From: Takakia lepidozioides
Lineage: Eukaryota; Plantae; Bryophyta
Direction: 5' to 3'
Length of the DNA: 64,000 nucleotides
Assembly (NCBI GenBank): GCA_030704615.1
Contig: CM060733.1
Span: 48,422,001-48,486,000 of the forward strand
A model generated the notes under the pieces. The model made no database searches. It had not been told where the DNA came from and saw nothing but the letters and a program-made list of their open reading frames with translations. Of the stretch, positions 47,851-60,091 are shown piece after piece. Made by a program: the position numbers and the translations under genes. How positions within the stretch are numbered: position 1 is the first letter of the stretch; every line of letters begins with the position of its first letter.

Positions 47851-49850
47851 CGCTTTTGCTGGCTCCTTAGTGAGGCTTCAAAGTCTGACCTGAAGGAAGG
47901 CACTTCACCTAAATAAATACACATGATCAAAATGGCACTGATGAAGGTCTTACACATCTGAGGCTTGAGTCCATTCTAAGTTCCAAGGGCCAAACATGAG
48001 CAGGATACATTACTCTAGGAAAAATGGCACTTGAATTCAGCTGGAAACAGCTCTCCTTCTGTTTGCAGCACCCTCATGTAAATCCTTCCCCTTGAGGAAA
48101 TGTCTGAAGCTGTGATGGGAACACCTAAAACCGATATTAATCACAATCCAGAATCTTACAGATAATCCTGGTTCAAATGTAAGTCAAGAAGAGCTTTCTA
48201 GGGAGCTACATTAGATATGTAAGTACTGTCATTTACTCGGAACCTCTGGTATTGATAAATCACATGGATGCCCCCCCCACCCTTCTTTGGCTCAGATCTA
48301 CTTCCAGAACAGTGTCCCTTCTGCACAAATACTAGAACAACCCAGAGGTTCACTTGAGCGTAGAATATATGTACCTCTGAAAGGATGAGACACGTACGTA
48401 TGATCCTGCAAACACTAGAGGAAACAATACACTATTCGACAGGAATGCTCTGTTAGAGGCTTCTCCTGCTCTGAAACCATCTGGAAACCACCTCTGATCT
48501 AAGTGAATATGGTCAATGTCCACATGCAATGGGCATTATTTAGGTAGGTAAGCAAGACCACGGTGGTACATAAGTGAAACACAAGTGAAACTACGGCAAC
48601 AATATGCATTGTAGGTTGGAGCTTCTATAGGTAACATCTTATGCACTCTTTGAAAGAATAGCTACAAAAGGTCATAGCCACAGAGATCAGCTGATGCATC
48701 ATGGGTGTAAGAAGGAAAGTTTCAGAAAATTCCCGACATCATATTAAATCCAAAGCATTCGATAACTGCAGCAAGACCACCAACCAATACTGGGCAGGTC
48801 TGTGGAAAGCTGCATCTGTAGGTGGACCTCAGTAATCCATACGTAATACTTACGGCAATAGGTTCGGCTGCAGTTTGATCCCTGACGCAGTTTGATTTAG
48901 ATCCAAGAAAAACGTCAATCACAATAGATGAGCAGCTTAGAGCAATGAGACTGAGATTTCCACTTCTCTGCTCACAAGACGAAACGAGAGATCAGCTTTG
49001 TATGATTTAGGTCCAAGAGAAATAACACCACAGAAAATAGATCAGCTTAGAGAAATGAGACTACGAAGCTTGAGATCTCCACATCTATGCTCACAAAAGG
49101 AAACGAGAGGGAAATGAGAGATCAGCATAGTCGAACGCAGTTGATGAGGTCATCGATGCAAAAGGATGTCCAACCTTTGTAAGCATATCATGCAAAGAGA
49201 ATCCGGAAGGCAAAAGAACGCTGGTTGAGCAGAAAATTGAGATAGCTGTGCGAGCCCCCAGTACAGCAGCGGTGATGAGCTTTGCGGATTGCACACAAGA
49301 AAGAAGGATGGCGACGAGAGGCAGGCGGCGGGAAGAAGGCTGCGAAGCGTCCCGCGCTTGTCACTGCGATGTGACATTTTCACGCGTGCAAACAAATGTC
49401 GGGCCTTTCGCGATTCGCATTGGGCAGGCATCTGCTCCGCATCAATTACCCCCCGTACCCCCCTCCACACTTTTCAAACTCTCCGTTTTTATTCTCTGAA
49501 TGATTCTTTTGTCCGGGGTAAGGACTCCCGGGTCTTGATAGTTAGGGTTTGTGCAACAAATCCAAGTCCTTTGCTGCACTCTAACTCGTCCCCACTGTGG
49601 CTTTTCTTGCTGGAGTGACACTTTTTTCTTAAGAGAAAAAGGTGGATACCCGGGAGCCATGGCCCCTTGATTATAGTTAGAGGAGAAAATAACAAATAAC
49701 CTCTTTCATAGCAACCTTGCCATGAGGCGATGAGCACAAGGGACACCGCCCAAGGGGAGGGGGGAGAAGATTATAACAAACCCTACAAGGTGACAGGATT
49801 TGAACCCAGAATCACCTGGGTGGCACTCAGTGCTCTATCCAACTGGTGAT
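47345..49850 (+). repeat. Segmental duplication, copy 2 (uninterrupted reference copy)
   Basis: See copy 1 at 4612-10260. Confidence 0.9.
49690..49850 (-). mobile_element. tRNA-derived SINE-like element, paralogous copy
   Basis: CAGTTGGATAGAGC..GGGTTCAAATCC on the minus strand; body matches 10095-10260. Confidence 0.55.
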
Positions 49851-51527
49851 GATTGTACTTAAAACTTAAGCTTAATTCCATCATGATTGCTTTCAACTTT
49901 TACTTAAATACCCTTTATTGGATGTTCTTGTCAAGTCTTGTACTGAACAAGTTGCTACTTTTTCGTTTTTTTCTCATATTTACTATTGATATGAAATTCA
50001 TAATCTGGTAGCAGCTTTCCAAAGCGTAAGTTATCTCTCATTCGTTTGTCGACTTGTCTTTGATTTATGTGACCCTAAGTCACATGTACGCGGCAGTTAG
50101 GTGCAATAAGATGGGGTTTTGGGTCCAACAAAATTGAGATTCGAAAAAGTTTTGAGATTCAGAAGGTGACTAGTAATGATTTCAACTCAACATCCCGGGA
50201 TAAATAGTCAGGAAATTACATCTTAATTCCAACCATACAATGAAAGGAATTTTATTTATTTATTTTTGGAATTCAATTGATGTAAATCTAAGAACTAGGC
50301 TCCAAAGGCTTACCTTTCAAGCAGGGACTACATTAATCATAAGAACTAGTTTTCTAATCACATATGGAAGACCAAAAAGCATGACCTCTTAGTATAGAGC
50401 ACCCTGCAATGTTCAGGCTTTGAACCCAAGATCACCAGTCCCTGTAATACCATCCGGGTTTGAACCTTGCACCAGCATTGGGCGGTTACTGGCTCCCCCG
50501 GTTAACCAGCAGAACAGTTCCGGTTTCGGTTATGAGGAACCAGTCAGGAACCGGCCTTGCAAAAGCAGAACCGGCCAGCAGGGATCACGGCAGAACCTGA
50601 ACCGCAGGATCTGGGATCACACGTGTGATAACCAGGACATGCGCTCTCAAGGCTCCTATTGGGGTTCTTGGATATCCCCTAAAAAGTAGGCTAAAACTTG
50701 GTGGGCGCTTTGCATAACATGGCCGCACAAGCTCCATGACATCCTGGGTTCAACCCTTCAGAGTCCTGGGTTTATTAACCAAATTGTTTGCACATATTAA
50801 GATAATTCATGTATGTTTGTAGTTTCAAACTACAGCGCCCTCAGCCCTGGCTTCCAAGACAGGACTGTGCCATTACACAAAGAGTTTATGGACTGTAGTA
50901 CATTCTTTAAATTATTTTATTTTATTTTATTTTATTTTTGGCTTTTTGGGGAAAGGGATTGGTAAAACCAATTAAATTCAAGACATGTGTAGTTACCGTA
51001 TTCCATCCATATTTATAGATGAAATATGTAAACAGGATGTAGTTCATACCTTGTAGTTGGTGCATGCAGTGTCGGATCGATTAATGGAGGGGAATTTGGG
51101 ACTTTGTTCAGCTGAGCTGTTCTATTAATTAATACGGCTATGGTTCATGTTCATGTCTTTTTTTTTGGGCCCTGCACGAGCAGAGTCCACTAGAGTAGGT
51201 GCTACTTAGTAAAAAATAAGTAGCGAACTTACACAAGCAGATGGCATATTCTATATATTCCTTAAAATCCTAAGAATATGCCATAGCGAAACCAAACTGC
51301 GCTCACGCGAAAAAAAAATGCGAAATTATTGTGAAAATTGTACTCATGCGACAAAACCTACGAAACTAATTGTCTAAAGTTGACCTCACGTGACTACAAA
51401 ACAACCACAAATACTTATGCCAAAACTCAAAGGTCAGCAAACTTAAACAATGTGGCATTAAACACCCAATATATGAATTTTTACAAACATATGTGTAGAA
51501 CATCCCCAATAACCACCCAAAAATGGC

Positions 51528-52078
51528 TCTCATTTTTGAATAATTGGGAGTTTAAGGCTCACGTGTGAGCCAGGCAGCACCGCCCATGCACGGATGTTGG
51601 GCACCCTCGCGGGTCCGGGTATGCTCAAGTTTGGTATGCTGAGGTCTGTTGGCAAGTCGGGTCTGCTCGCGGGCGTGAATGGTCTGCTCGTCGCGCCGCC
51701 CGCCCGCGGGACATAGGATTTTTTGCGGGAAAACTCGCCCATCAAAAAAGAGGGTCATTAATCCAAATGCAATGCCAACCAAAACCATCATTAATGCACA
51801 GCCAAAGTTGAACCCATAACCTCATAAGTACCACTCCATACATCCAACCACCACACTACCAACTACTTCCTATTAACCTAACATTTTTTTTGTGTGTTAA
51901 CCTAGAAAACAGCCGCAGTCAGCCCCAATGCCACCTAGGGTCACCCTACCTGACGGCAGACCCAACAGGTCCGGGTCATGGGACGCGACGGGGTCACCCA
52001 GGGGCGCCCGAGGTCCGTGCATGGCCCGTTGCCTCGCTCACAAGTGAGCCTTAAACTCCCAAATATTCAACAATGAGA
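51528..52078. repeat. Long imperfect inverted repeat (foldback/MULE-like MITE core)
   Basis: GGGAGTTTAAGGCTCAC(G/T)TGTGAGC..GGCA..CCATGCACGGA at 51547-51595 is inverted at 52014-52060 and extends outward with mismatches; no TSD identified. Confidence 0.7.
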
Positions 52079-53027
52079 AGCCCCAAAAATTGGGTTTTTG
52101 CCATCGAAATTGGGATTTTTTCTTTTTTTTTCTTTTTAGGTTTATTCTCTTCAAACTCCTTCTATATGTTTAAACTTATATTTACACGCAGAAAGACCCC
52201 ATGTCCGTCTATTATATGTATTTCCCCTGGCATACATATCACCCCATAACCATGGATCCTGCTTATGCGGTTTTTTTTTCCTCGACACGCCGTTTCTGCT
52301 CATGCCATACCAATCCCCCTAAGAGGCAAGGGTTTAGAGCATCCTTTCATGTGGGAAGAGCCCGGCCCGCAAAAGAAATTTGCCTAGCCCCTAGAGAAAA
52401 TATCCGGGTCCCTCAAGCCTCATGCAGAGCTTGGCGGCCGGGTGCTCATTTTGGATTTTAGCGTCACATGGTAGATGGTATCACCTGGTAAGCAGTTGAA
52501 CAGAAGTATCTCGAGCTCTACATCTTCAAACCGTCTATAGGTACAACCGGCACATGCATGTAAGTGGACACTGCGGTACTCATCTGCGGAGCTCCCATTT
52601 TATCAAGGTGTGCTACAAATGCCTAGGTTGACGACCGGCCCTGCCACCCCATTCATGGAAGGCCACTCTTATTTACCTAGAGGGGGCGACCCAGACTAGG
52701 ACCTTTTTAAAAGGTTGCCCAACACATGTCATCTCTGCTTACCCCAATTTAGCGCCTGAACCATCCTCCATTTAATAGTTGTCGCCTTCCCACATTCTTT
52801 TATTTGGACCCCCTTACAAAGGGGTTATTTCTTCAAACCCTTGTGTAGCTTACTATATATACCCATTTTTAGTTCCTGGACCATCTTCTAGTGGACAGGG
52901 CCCATGCAAACTTGGGGGGCTCAGGTGTTACATTACGGCATGAGACAAGCTTGAAGGCAGGGATTCCATTTGTTTGAGTATTTTTGTTTTTAATGATAGC
53001 TAATAATATCTGTCAATTTTAGTTTAA

Positions 53028-53830
53028 CCCCTAATGGACGAGGCGACCTGAATTGGGTTGCCGGAAAATTTTGAATGGATGAAAATCATCGAGATGATCT
53101 CGGATGAAATCGAGCCTTGAATGAAAAATGTAGGAAATTTAATTCTACGCCCCCCTGTGTTGATGGCACCCTAAAAACCCTACAGGACAGCCGACAAGGA
53201 TGTTTTTGGAAACGGTGGGGGTACCCAAAAATCACGGGTTTGGGACCCTCCAGCAGGGTTGACTTTACCACGTGGCAGGCAGATGGGGCTGGGTCTCGGC
53301 ATGTGTCGGCGACGGATATCAGCGGGGCTCCACAAAAAGCGAGCAGACATAAAATAGCCCCCATGAGTTCATGGGTTTTCATGACGTGGCCCCTTTTTTA
53401 GGCCGGAATTATCTACCGGCTCAAGCAATACTTTGCCTCAGCTGGGATTCAAGTAGGAATTAATATCTCTACCTGCATTTTGGTTAGAAATCAGAAATTA
53501 TTTTTGGAGGTATAGGAAATCATTCAAGGAACAATTCCACAGTTGGAATTGTGGTTCCAATGCCAATTTGGACCCCTATGGCTGAATTACAGGTCAATTG
53601 AGGTAAATGGTGCTTTTTGACCCCACTGTTTTCCCATACAAAGCAACCCTATGCAGATTTTGGAATTGTGCTTTGCAAATTTGGGGCAAGATGCTTTAGG
53701 TGCCTGTGAATTGGAATGTCGTTGGGGTCTTGCAAGGAAAAAATATTTTTTCGGACCAACAGCCTGGTCAAACAAATTCTTCCCTCTAAAATTGGAGTGG
53801 CCCACCAAAAACAGCCTCGTCCATTAGGGG
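53028..53830. mobile_element. piggyBac-like non-autonomous element (803 bp)
   Basis: Perfect 17-bp TIRs CCCCTAATGGACGAGGC flanked by TTAA on both sides (53024-53027 and 53831-53834). Confidence 0.75.
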
Positions 53831-55156
53831 TTAAATATAAAGGCTGCTGTGCAAATCAAGGTTCACCCACAGATAAAATATCATTAACATATATATATAT
53901 ATATATATATATGTAATCCGACCTAACTGGGAATCAGCAGCTCACAAACCGCCCATGATGTTTACAAGTTGGGACTGGAACTAGACAAGAACTAACTCAC
54001 TTACAAAACACCGGAATTGGATTTGGAACAGTCTCTTGAAACAATTGTCTAAACAGAACCAAAGGTTCCTTCACAAATGCAAGAACCACCTTACACTGGT
54101 TTGAACGTTTGAACCCAGGTCAACCATTTACAACTTGTGAACTGGAGTTTGTGAGATGAAAGGGTCTGTGCATTTTGTGGACAAAACAATGAAGGTGCTC
54201 CCATTCCTCGCAGCCACCATGGTAAGCCTCTATTTCTATCACAATTGGCATACTGCACATCTTACACAGTAGGTCTACAGACAGTGGGTATGTGCCATCT
54301 TTCCTTCAACACTTTAGATAGGTCAAACAGAGTTAGTTTCTTAAGCTTGGGCTACACCTGTCTATCACCTTCAATAGCATACATATCATCAAACTGCAGA
54401 ACTTCAAGTTAAGCAAATCTGCATATGTATCTAGTAACACCTGAGTCCTATACAGACAGGATGCAACTTCAGTCTGTACCGATGAAGAGACAGGAGAGCT
54501 TACCAAGGCAGGACAGCATGTTAATAACACCAGAAACTTCAATGCACTGCCAAACACCAACACTCTGTGCCGCTGAAGGACCACCTAAGGGCCGGGTCCT
54601 TCTTAGTCACAGATGGTTTTATTTACTTTCAATCTTGCAACAAAGGACCGTAAGGATCGTATCATACACACACAGCACTGGAGTGAGTTTGAGAATGTAT
54701 GGCTTAATACATTAATACATTAAGCCAAAGAAGCTTCAATCCAAAACCTAATCCCATATCTACCCTTGAGCTACCTAGTCAAAACTTTCTGCGTCCAAGG
54801 ATATCTTGAAAAAACGGAGACCCAGGCACAGCTGTCACTACCTGCAGACTAACAGAGAGGTGAGTGGCTTGTGTTGAGGAGGCAACATTGAATTGAGCAA
54901 CTCCAGTGGATGAGAACAGAGACCTGATTCCAGAGTCTGCCATATCTGACTCTGTAGCAGAAAAGTGTGTACTAAAGGCCACAAGCTAACAATTTCCACC
55001 ACCAGATGTCATTGAAGAAGATCAACCCACTTGAACACGGGTATAACTTCGTAACAAGTAGTTACTTTCTAGTCTTTGTGAAGCACCCGACACAAAATCA
55101 GCTTTGTCAACCCAAGATGTAACTAGAGCTTGTTGACGATGGCTTCCAGATTGGAG

Positions 55157-58100
55157 TTAATCTGAGTCTTCCAAAAGACCCTCTTCATCAGAAAGCTCAT
55201 CAAATGTCCTCATGTCCAGCTGATAGCGTAAAATTCCTCCAATTCCTCCAAACCCTCTGCAAAATTGGGAGCCTTCTTGTGACTTGTTGGTCACAAACTC
55301 AAGCGTGCACCCAAAACACTTGTACTCATTTGCAAACCACTCCAACAGAGAGGTCTTGTCTTGCACTTCGAGCTCTGCCTGAGTCTCCACATCCCTAAAA
55401 CTGGACAAGGCAAGAGGGGAACTGCTCAGTTTTGATCCAATTTTGTCACACTGATTATAGCACTTCCCAGCAAACGCAAAACTAATACCCTACAGGTTAC
55501 GGTGTTTCTTTGTCTGTGCGAAATTGTCGGCATGTGAAATAATGCTGGGATTACTCTGCACAGAAGACATCTGACATACTAGTTTGTCTCCAGGCATATA
55601 AAGTCAGTCTAAATGACAGTATCCCACTTACTAGTCCCACAAGCACTTGGCGTCCACATCTTCAAGGGGCAGAAAAATTGAAGGGGTAGGAAAAAGTGTA
55701 GTCTGCGGATCATGTACTAAGTGTTAAACCACCACCCACTTAACCTCACATTTGTCAGGTTAAAATTGACTCAGAGAAATCCAGAGCAAGGGACCAGGAG
55801 GTACTCATCGACCATCCCTGCAAATAGTCACTATGGCACACTCATCAAGGGAAAATTTCTCACAGCACATAACCCAGTAAGAAGAGGTTGTTGGTGTCAG
55901 CTCCGGGTATCGGAGACTCAGGCTGGCATTTCCGTGGCGTTTTCACACAGCCGATATCAACTGGTTTACAGGACACTCAGTGTTGATTCATGGGTTGGTT
56001 GTTGTACTCGAAAGCGTGAACAAGATTCCAACAATGCCCCTACAGCACTCTATCTCTGAGCAGATGTAACATTGCTTTCGAGTACAACGACCTCCTCCCT
56101 ATCTATGGCCCCCCCCCCCCCCCCCCCCCCCCCCCCACCCCCCAACCTCGATTTAGACAGCAGCAAAGGGCAGGGTGAAGAAGTTGGTCCTCACTTGTGG
56201 TGGGGTGGGGAAGAGCAAGAGGCCAACTGGCTGTTCCATGGCTTACCAAATACGTGTGACCCAGCTGCAGTCTGCTTTCAGAGAGGTACTTGCCATACTA
56301 CTTCGACACAACAACAATTTCAGATAGGGACTTACTTTGACTGGTCAGCCTCCTGTTCCTTGCTGAGATGCTTAATAATAAGTTCCCCAGTTACTGAGTG
56401 CTTCAAGATGTACCGGTTCACCTCCAAATTCTCCCACACAATCAGGGTCTCAACAGCGCCCATTTCCAATGCCTTCAATGTGTCCTCGATCCCAAACACA
56501 TATTTGCCAGTGTCCTGGCTAATCTCCTCAAAGTATTTTCCAATCAGTCGCTTCTCCTGGATGAACTTTACATTGGCCAGAATCTCGGCAGACAGCTCAA
56601 TTGCCTGGTTGAACCCATTTTCCCCACCATATGAAACGTCCACAACATTCAGCACTTTGGCTTGAAGGCGAGGGTCGAACATGTCTGACTGGCTCAACTC
56701 TGTCTTAAAGTCAGCAGAACCTGCAAGGATAAGGCCTGCATATCAAAGAATCCACAGTTGACCATCTGTCAGTGCCAGAGGATTAACTTCAAGGTTGAAG
56801 CACATCCATGATGTTGCCTGAGTATACATTGTGCAGATGATCTAAGCAAAGATGTTACATCGCTTGCCAGTATTGAGACTTGAAAAAAGAAATGTTGACT
56901 CCTGGGGGAACAAGTGTAAATATGGTGTCACTTCATCCCAATGGCCTACTGCCCTCCGCAAAGATGTTAGGTCGCTTGCCAGTATTGAGACTTAAGAAAA
57001 CAAAAGTTGACTCCTGGTGAAACAGTTGTAAACTTGTGTCGCTTCCTACTGCCCTCCGTTTGGAAGGTGAACACCTTCTAACGGCCGTAACCGGGGCCAC
57101 GCGGTTGCCCAAACCACCCCCAAGACTCAAAAGTCCCTGTGTGCCCACACATTAGGTGACTGGTTGACCGAACCACCCCCTTTTATAGTTGGGTTGGCTA
57201 TTATGGGTGACATCCAGCAAACAGCTATGTGGCTTCGAACCCATGACCGCTTGTAAGGCAGCCTTGAACCCTAACTACTGGTCATCTGTCATGCTACTGA
57301 GACTCAATATCTTATCTCTGCCCAAGCTCACCTTATTCCTCGAGTTAAAAAGCTTCCTCCTCCATGCTGAGATCAATCCCTACCATTTTCAAACAAGACT
57401 TCCTGAGAAAACAATCATCTAGTTGATGCAAAGACGTCACAGCCCAAAGACATCAAACCCTACCTGAAACATTGGGCTGACTCGTCGCAGGGTTCACATA
57501 GAACTGAGTTGCAAGCTCTGCAGTCTTTCTCACATAGTTGTGCCTGTAAAGAAGAGGATGACTAGTGAATTTCACGTACTAGGAAGTGCTCCTCCCCACG
57601 CCCCCCTCAAACCCTATTCCCTTTGTAGACTCTTAACTCTCTCCACAAAAACACATGGACCCTTATGCTTGTCAAACAAAACCATTCTTCCCAAGCACTT
57701 CATTGGCATTGGATATTCACAGTAACTCCTATCACTAGTTTAACCACTTCCTGCACCAAGCACATTTAGTCACACCTCTCTCAAGAAAGGCTCTGCCCCC
57801 TCCAGTAATGTCATATTTCAGTGCTGTGGATCACTTACACCGAATGCTAGATGTGCTTATCATCAAATGTACTTCTTTAGAACAGCCTGTTTTGTTTGAG
57901 CTTCAGGGGCCAGGTTATTGATAAGCCATTGCCCTAAACCTAATCTCCCTTTTGCTACATCCTAAAGACAACTTCTTCCTTGACCTTCTAGAAATTCAAG
58001 AAAGACAAATAACAAGCGCCGACAGTCCGTCTTCAGCATTGTGAATTTACCTTTTGCAATTTTTCCTCTAATTTTCTCTGCAGAAATTCTTACAAGGAAG

Positions 58101-60091
58101 CAATACAAACCTTTTCTCCATTCGGAGCCTGGCAAACCGAAGAGCTGACTGTCCTCCACGCCCATGCTTCTTGGGTAAATCCACAGTGAACTTGTGAAGA
58201 ACCTCTCTAGTATTCCCACTCAGAGTCCCAAAGAGCGTCCCATTTCCATCCATCACAATGAAACCAAATTTGTCATCTGATTCCAGAAGCTCATTCAGTG
58301 CCTCTGTGTGAAACTTGTTGTCACACAGATAGAGTGATGCATTGATTGGCTTGAAGGGCTCAAAATCAATCGTTACCTGGAAATTTCCCCGGAGAGATTT
58401 TGTCAACATTGATCCAGAAGAAACAAACATAGTATATTCCGAATCAATTGTATCTAGCAACATACTGGGGTTTCCAGTTCCCCAAGTTGTTGAGCTACAG
58501 AATGTCCTTCCTTTCATCAACTAGCTAGGGTTGATTATTTAATCGCAGCTATCTAACACACGTGAAAAGAAAAGACACCAGCCAAAATAAAGGTATACTA
58601 CAAAACAACAATTTACTGATCATGGCTATGCATGCAAGCCAGGTCAAGACTGCAAACCCTCCCCAGCAAATGACCTTGTCAGAGGGAACAAACACGCAAC
58701 ATCCTGTCCCGGCCTATCAAAAAGATAAACTCTACGACAATCATGGCAAAGCCGGATGGCGCCTTGTTTGTACTGTTCAATGTAGCCTGCGCCCTAAAAT
58801 TGCATCTCAAGCAAAGAAACTCATAGTGGACCCACAGACTAGCAGTACCTGCATATATAAAAACAACCACCAACTACTGAACTCAATTCGACTCCACAGC
58901 TTTCAGACAAGTTCGTCATGCCAAAGTTACAAGTTACAACCACAAAAGTCACACGCAACATAATTGGGTAACAGAACTTTAAGATTTAAAAATACCTTCT
59001 TTTCTTTTCCGTCATCAGTGACAATCGTTCCTGTATACAAAACCAACCCGTTAGGTGGAACCTTGTTGTAAAGCTTCAGCCGCTGCTGCGCTGAAGTTAT
59101 GGCTCCCAAAACAGATTGCCGATTCACCCTGTTTTTAATATTACTGGCTGTGCCAAACTCATCCCCCAACATTTTTGTGACCCGCGAGACCTGATCCCTG
59201 AAAAGAGACAATAGGGTTTCTTAGATAAGTATTGTGGCTGAAGTTTGGAAAAAAATTCCATTTCCCTGGGTGCATTTAAGAATCGCGACATCCAGCAAAT
59301 TTGAGCCAGACTTCATCCTCCAAACATATTCAGGCAAGATGTCCTGACTATATAGCCATAAATGGAAAAAGTTCCCTGGCAGACAGCCTCTGATGTGGTT
59401 ATTAAGAGGTGTTATTATCCATTCCATTCCAATATTATTAGGGTTCACAAGAGAGGAAAGCTACATCTTTGCAGCTTTTCATTACTAGTTGCCTGACAAG
59501 ATATTTTCTTCATGTCCATGCCCGCAATAGCGACTAAGCAAGTATCACAAGCCTGCTATAAGGAGTCACCAATGACTAACAGCCCACAAACTCTGCCTAA
59601 CCCAGGAAGCCAGCATTGATTCTTGAGAATGTCCAAACCAAAAACATAACAAAAACACTTGTTATTCCTCTATATCAAAGCTCCCTGCAGCTACCACGAA
59701 CCAACATCCCGCAGGGCGTCCCCAACAGTGTATGGAAGCGGGAAACACAAACCAGACAACCAAACTTCAATCCTCACAAACGAAGCATTCATCATCCCAA
59801 TTTCAAGCCAAGGAAGAAAGGGTTTAACCCAAACCTACCCCAAAAAAATCACCAATCTGACACCATACTCACATACGCCGGATCCTTCACATAAAACAAC
59901 CCTTCAACAGACAACACTCCTCCGCCACCAGTCCTTCTAAAATCACAACAGCATTAAAATTTACAATACCTGGGCGGCATAATGAGCGAGATCATGCTGG
60001 TCCCGTTGCCCCGCGCCGATTCCAGAGCCTTTATGAGCTTCTTTATCTTCCATATCTCTATATTTTTATCTGTCTCCCCACCATCCGCCAT
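55157..60091 (-). CDS. eRF1: Eukaryotic peptide chain release factor subunit 1. Exons 60091-59970, 59197-58996, 58376-58111, 57543-57464, 56735-56336, 55400-55157
   Basis: [75 protein letters not shown]. All five introns are GT-AG with compatible phases. Confidence 0.97.
56108..56143. repeat. Poly(C) tract in eRF1 intron 5
   Basis: About 35 nt of near-pure C (poly-G on the transcribed strand). Confidence 0.9.
56846..57058. repeat. Diverged ~110-bp tandem duplication in eRF1 intron 4
   Basis: gcaaagatgtta..tcgcttgccagtattgagactt..gttgactcctgg..cctactgccctccg occurs twice. Confidence 0.8.
57060..57288 (-). mobile_element. tRNA-derived SINE-like element in eRF1 intron 4
   Basis: Minus strand TGACCAGTAGTTAG..GGTCATGGGTTCGAAGCC (A/B box spacing); the body boundary is approximate. 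Confidence 0.45.

Noticed and set aside
56072-56665. 197-aa plus-strand proline-rich ORF
   Set aside because: Arises from the poly(C) tract and the antisense of eRF1 exon 5.
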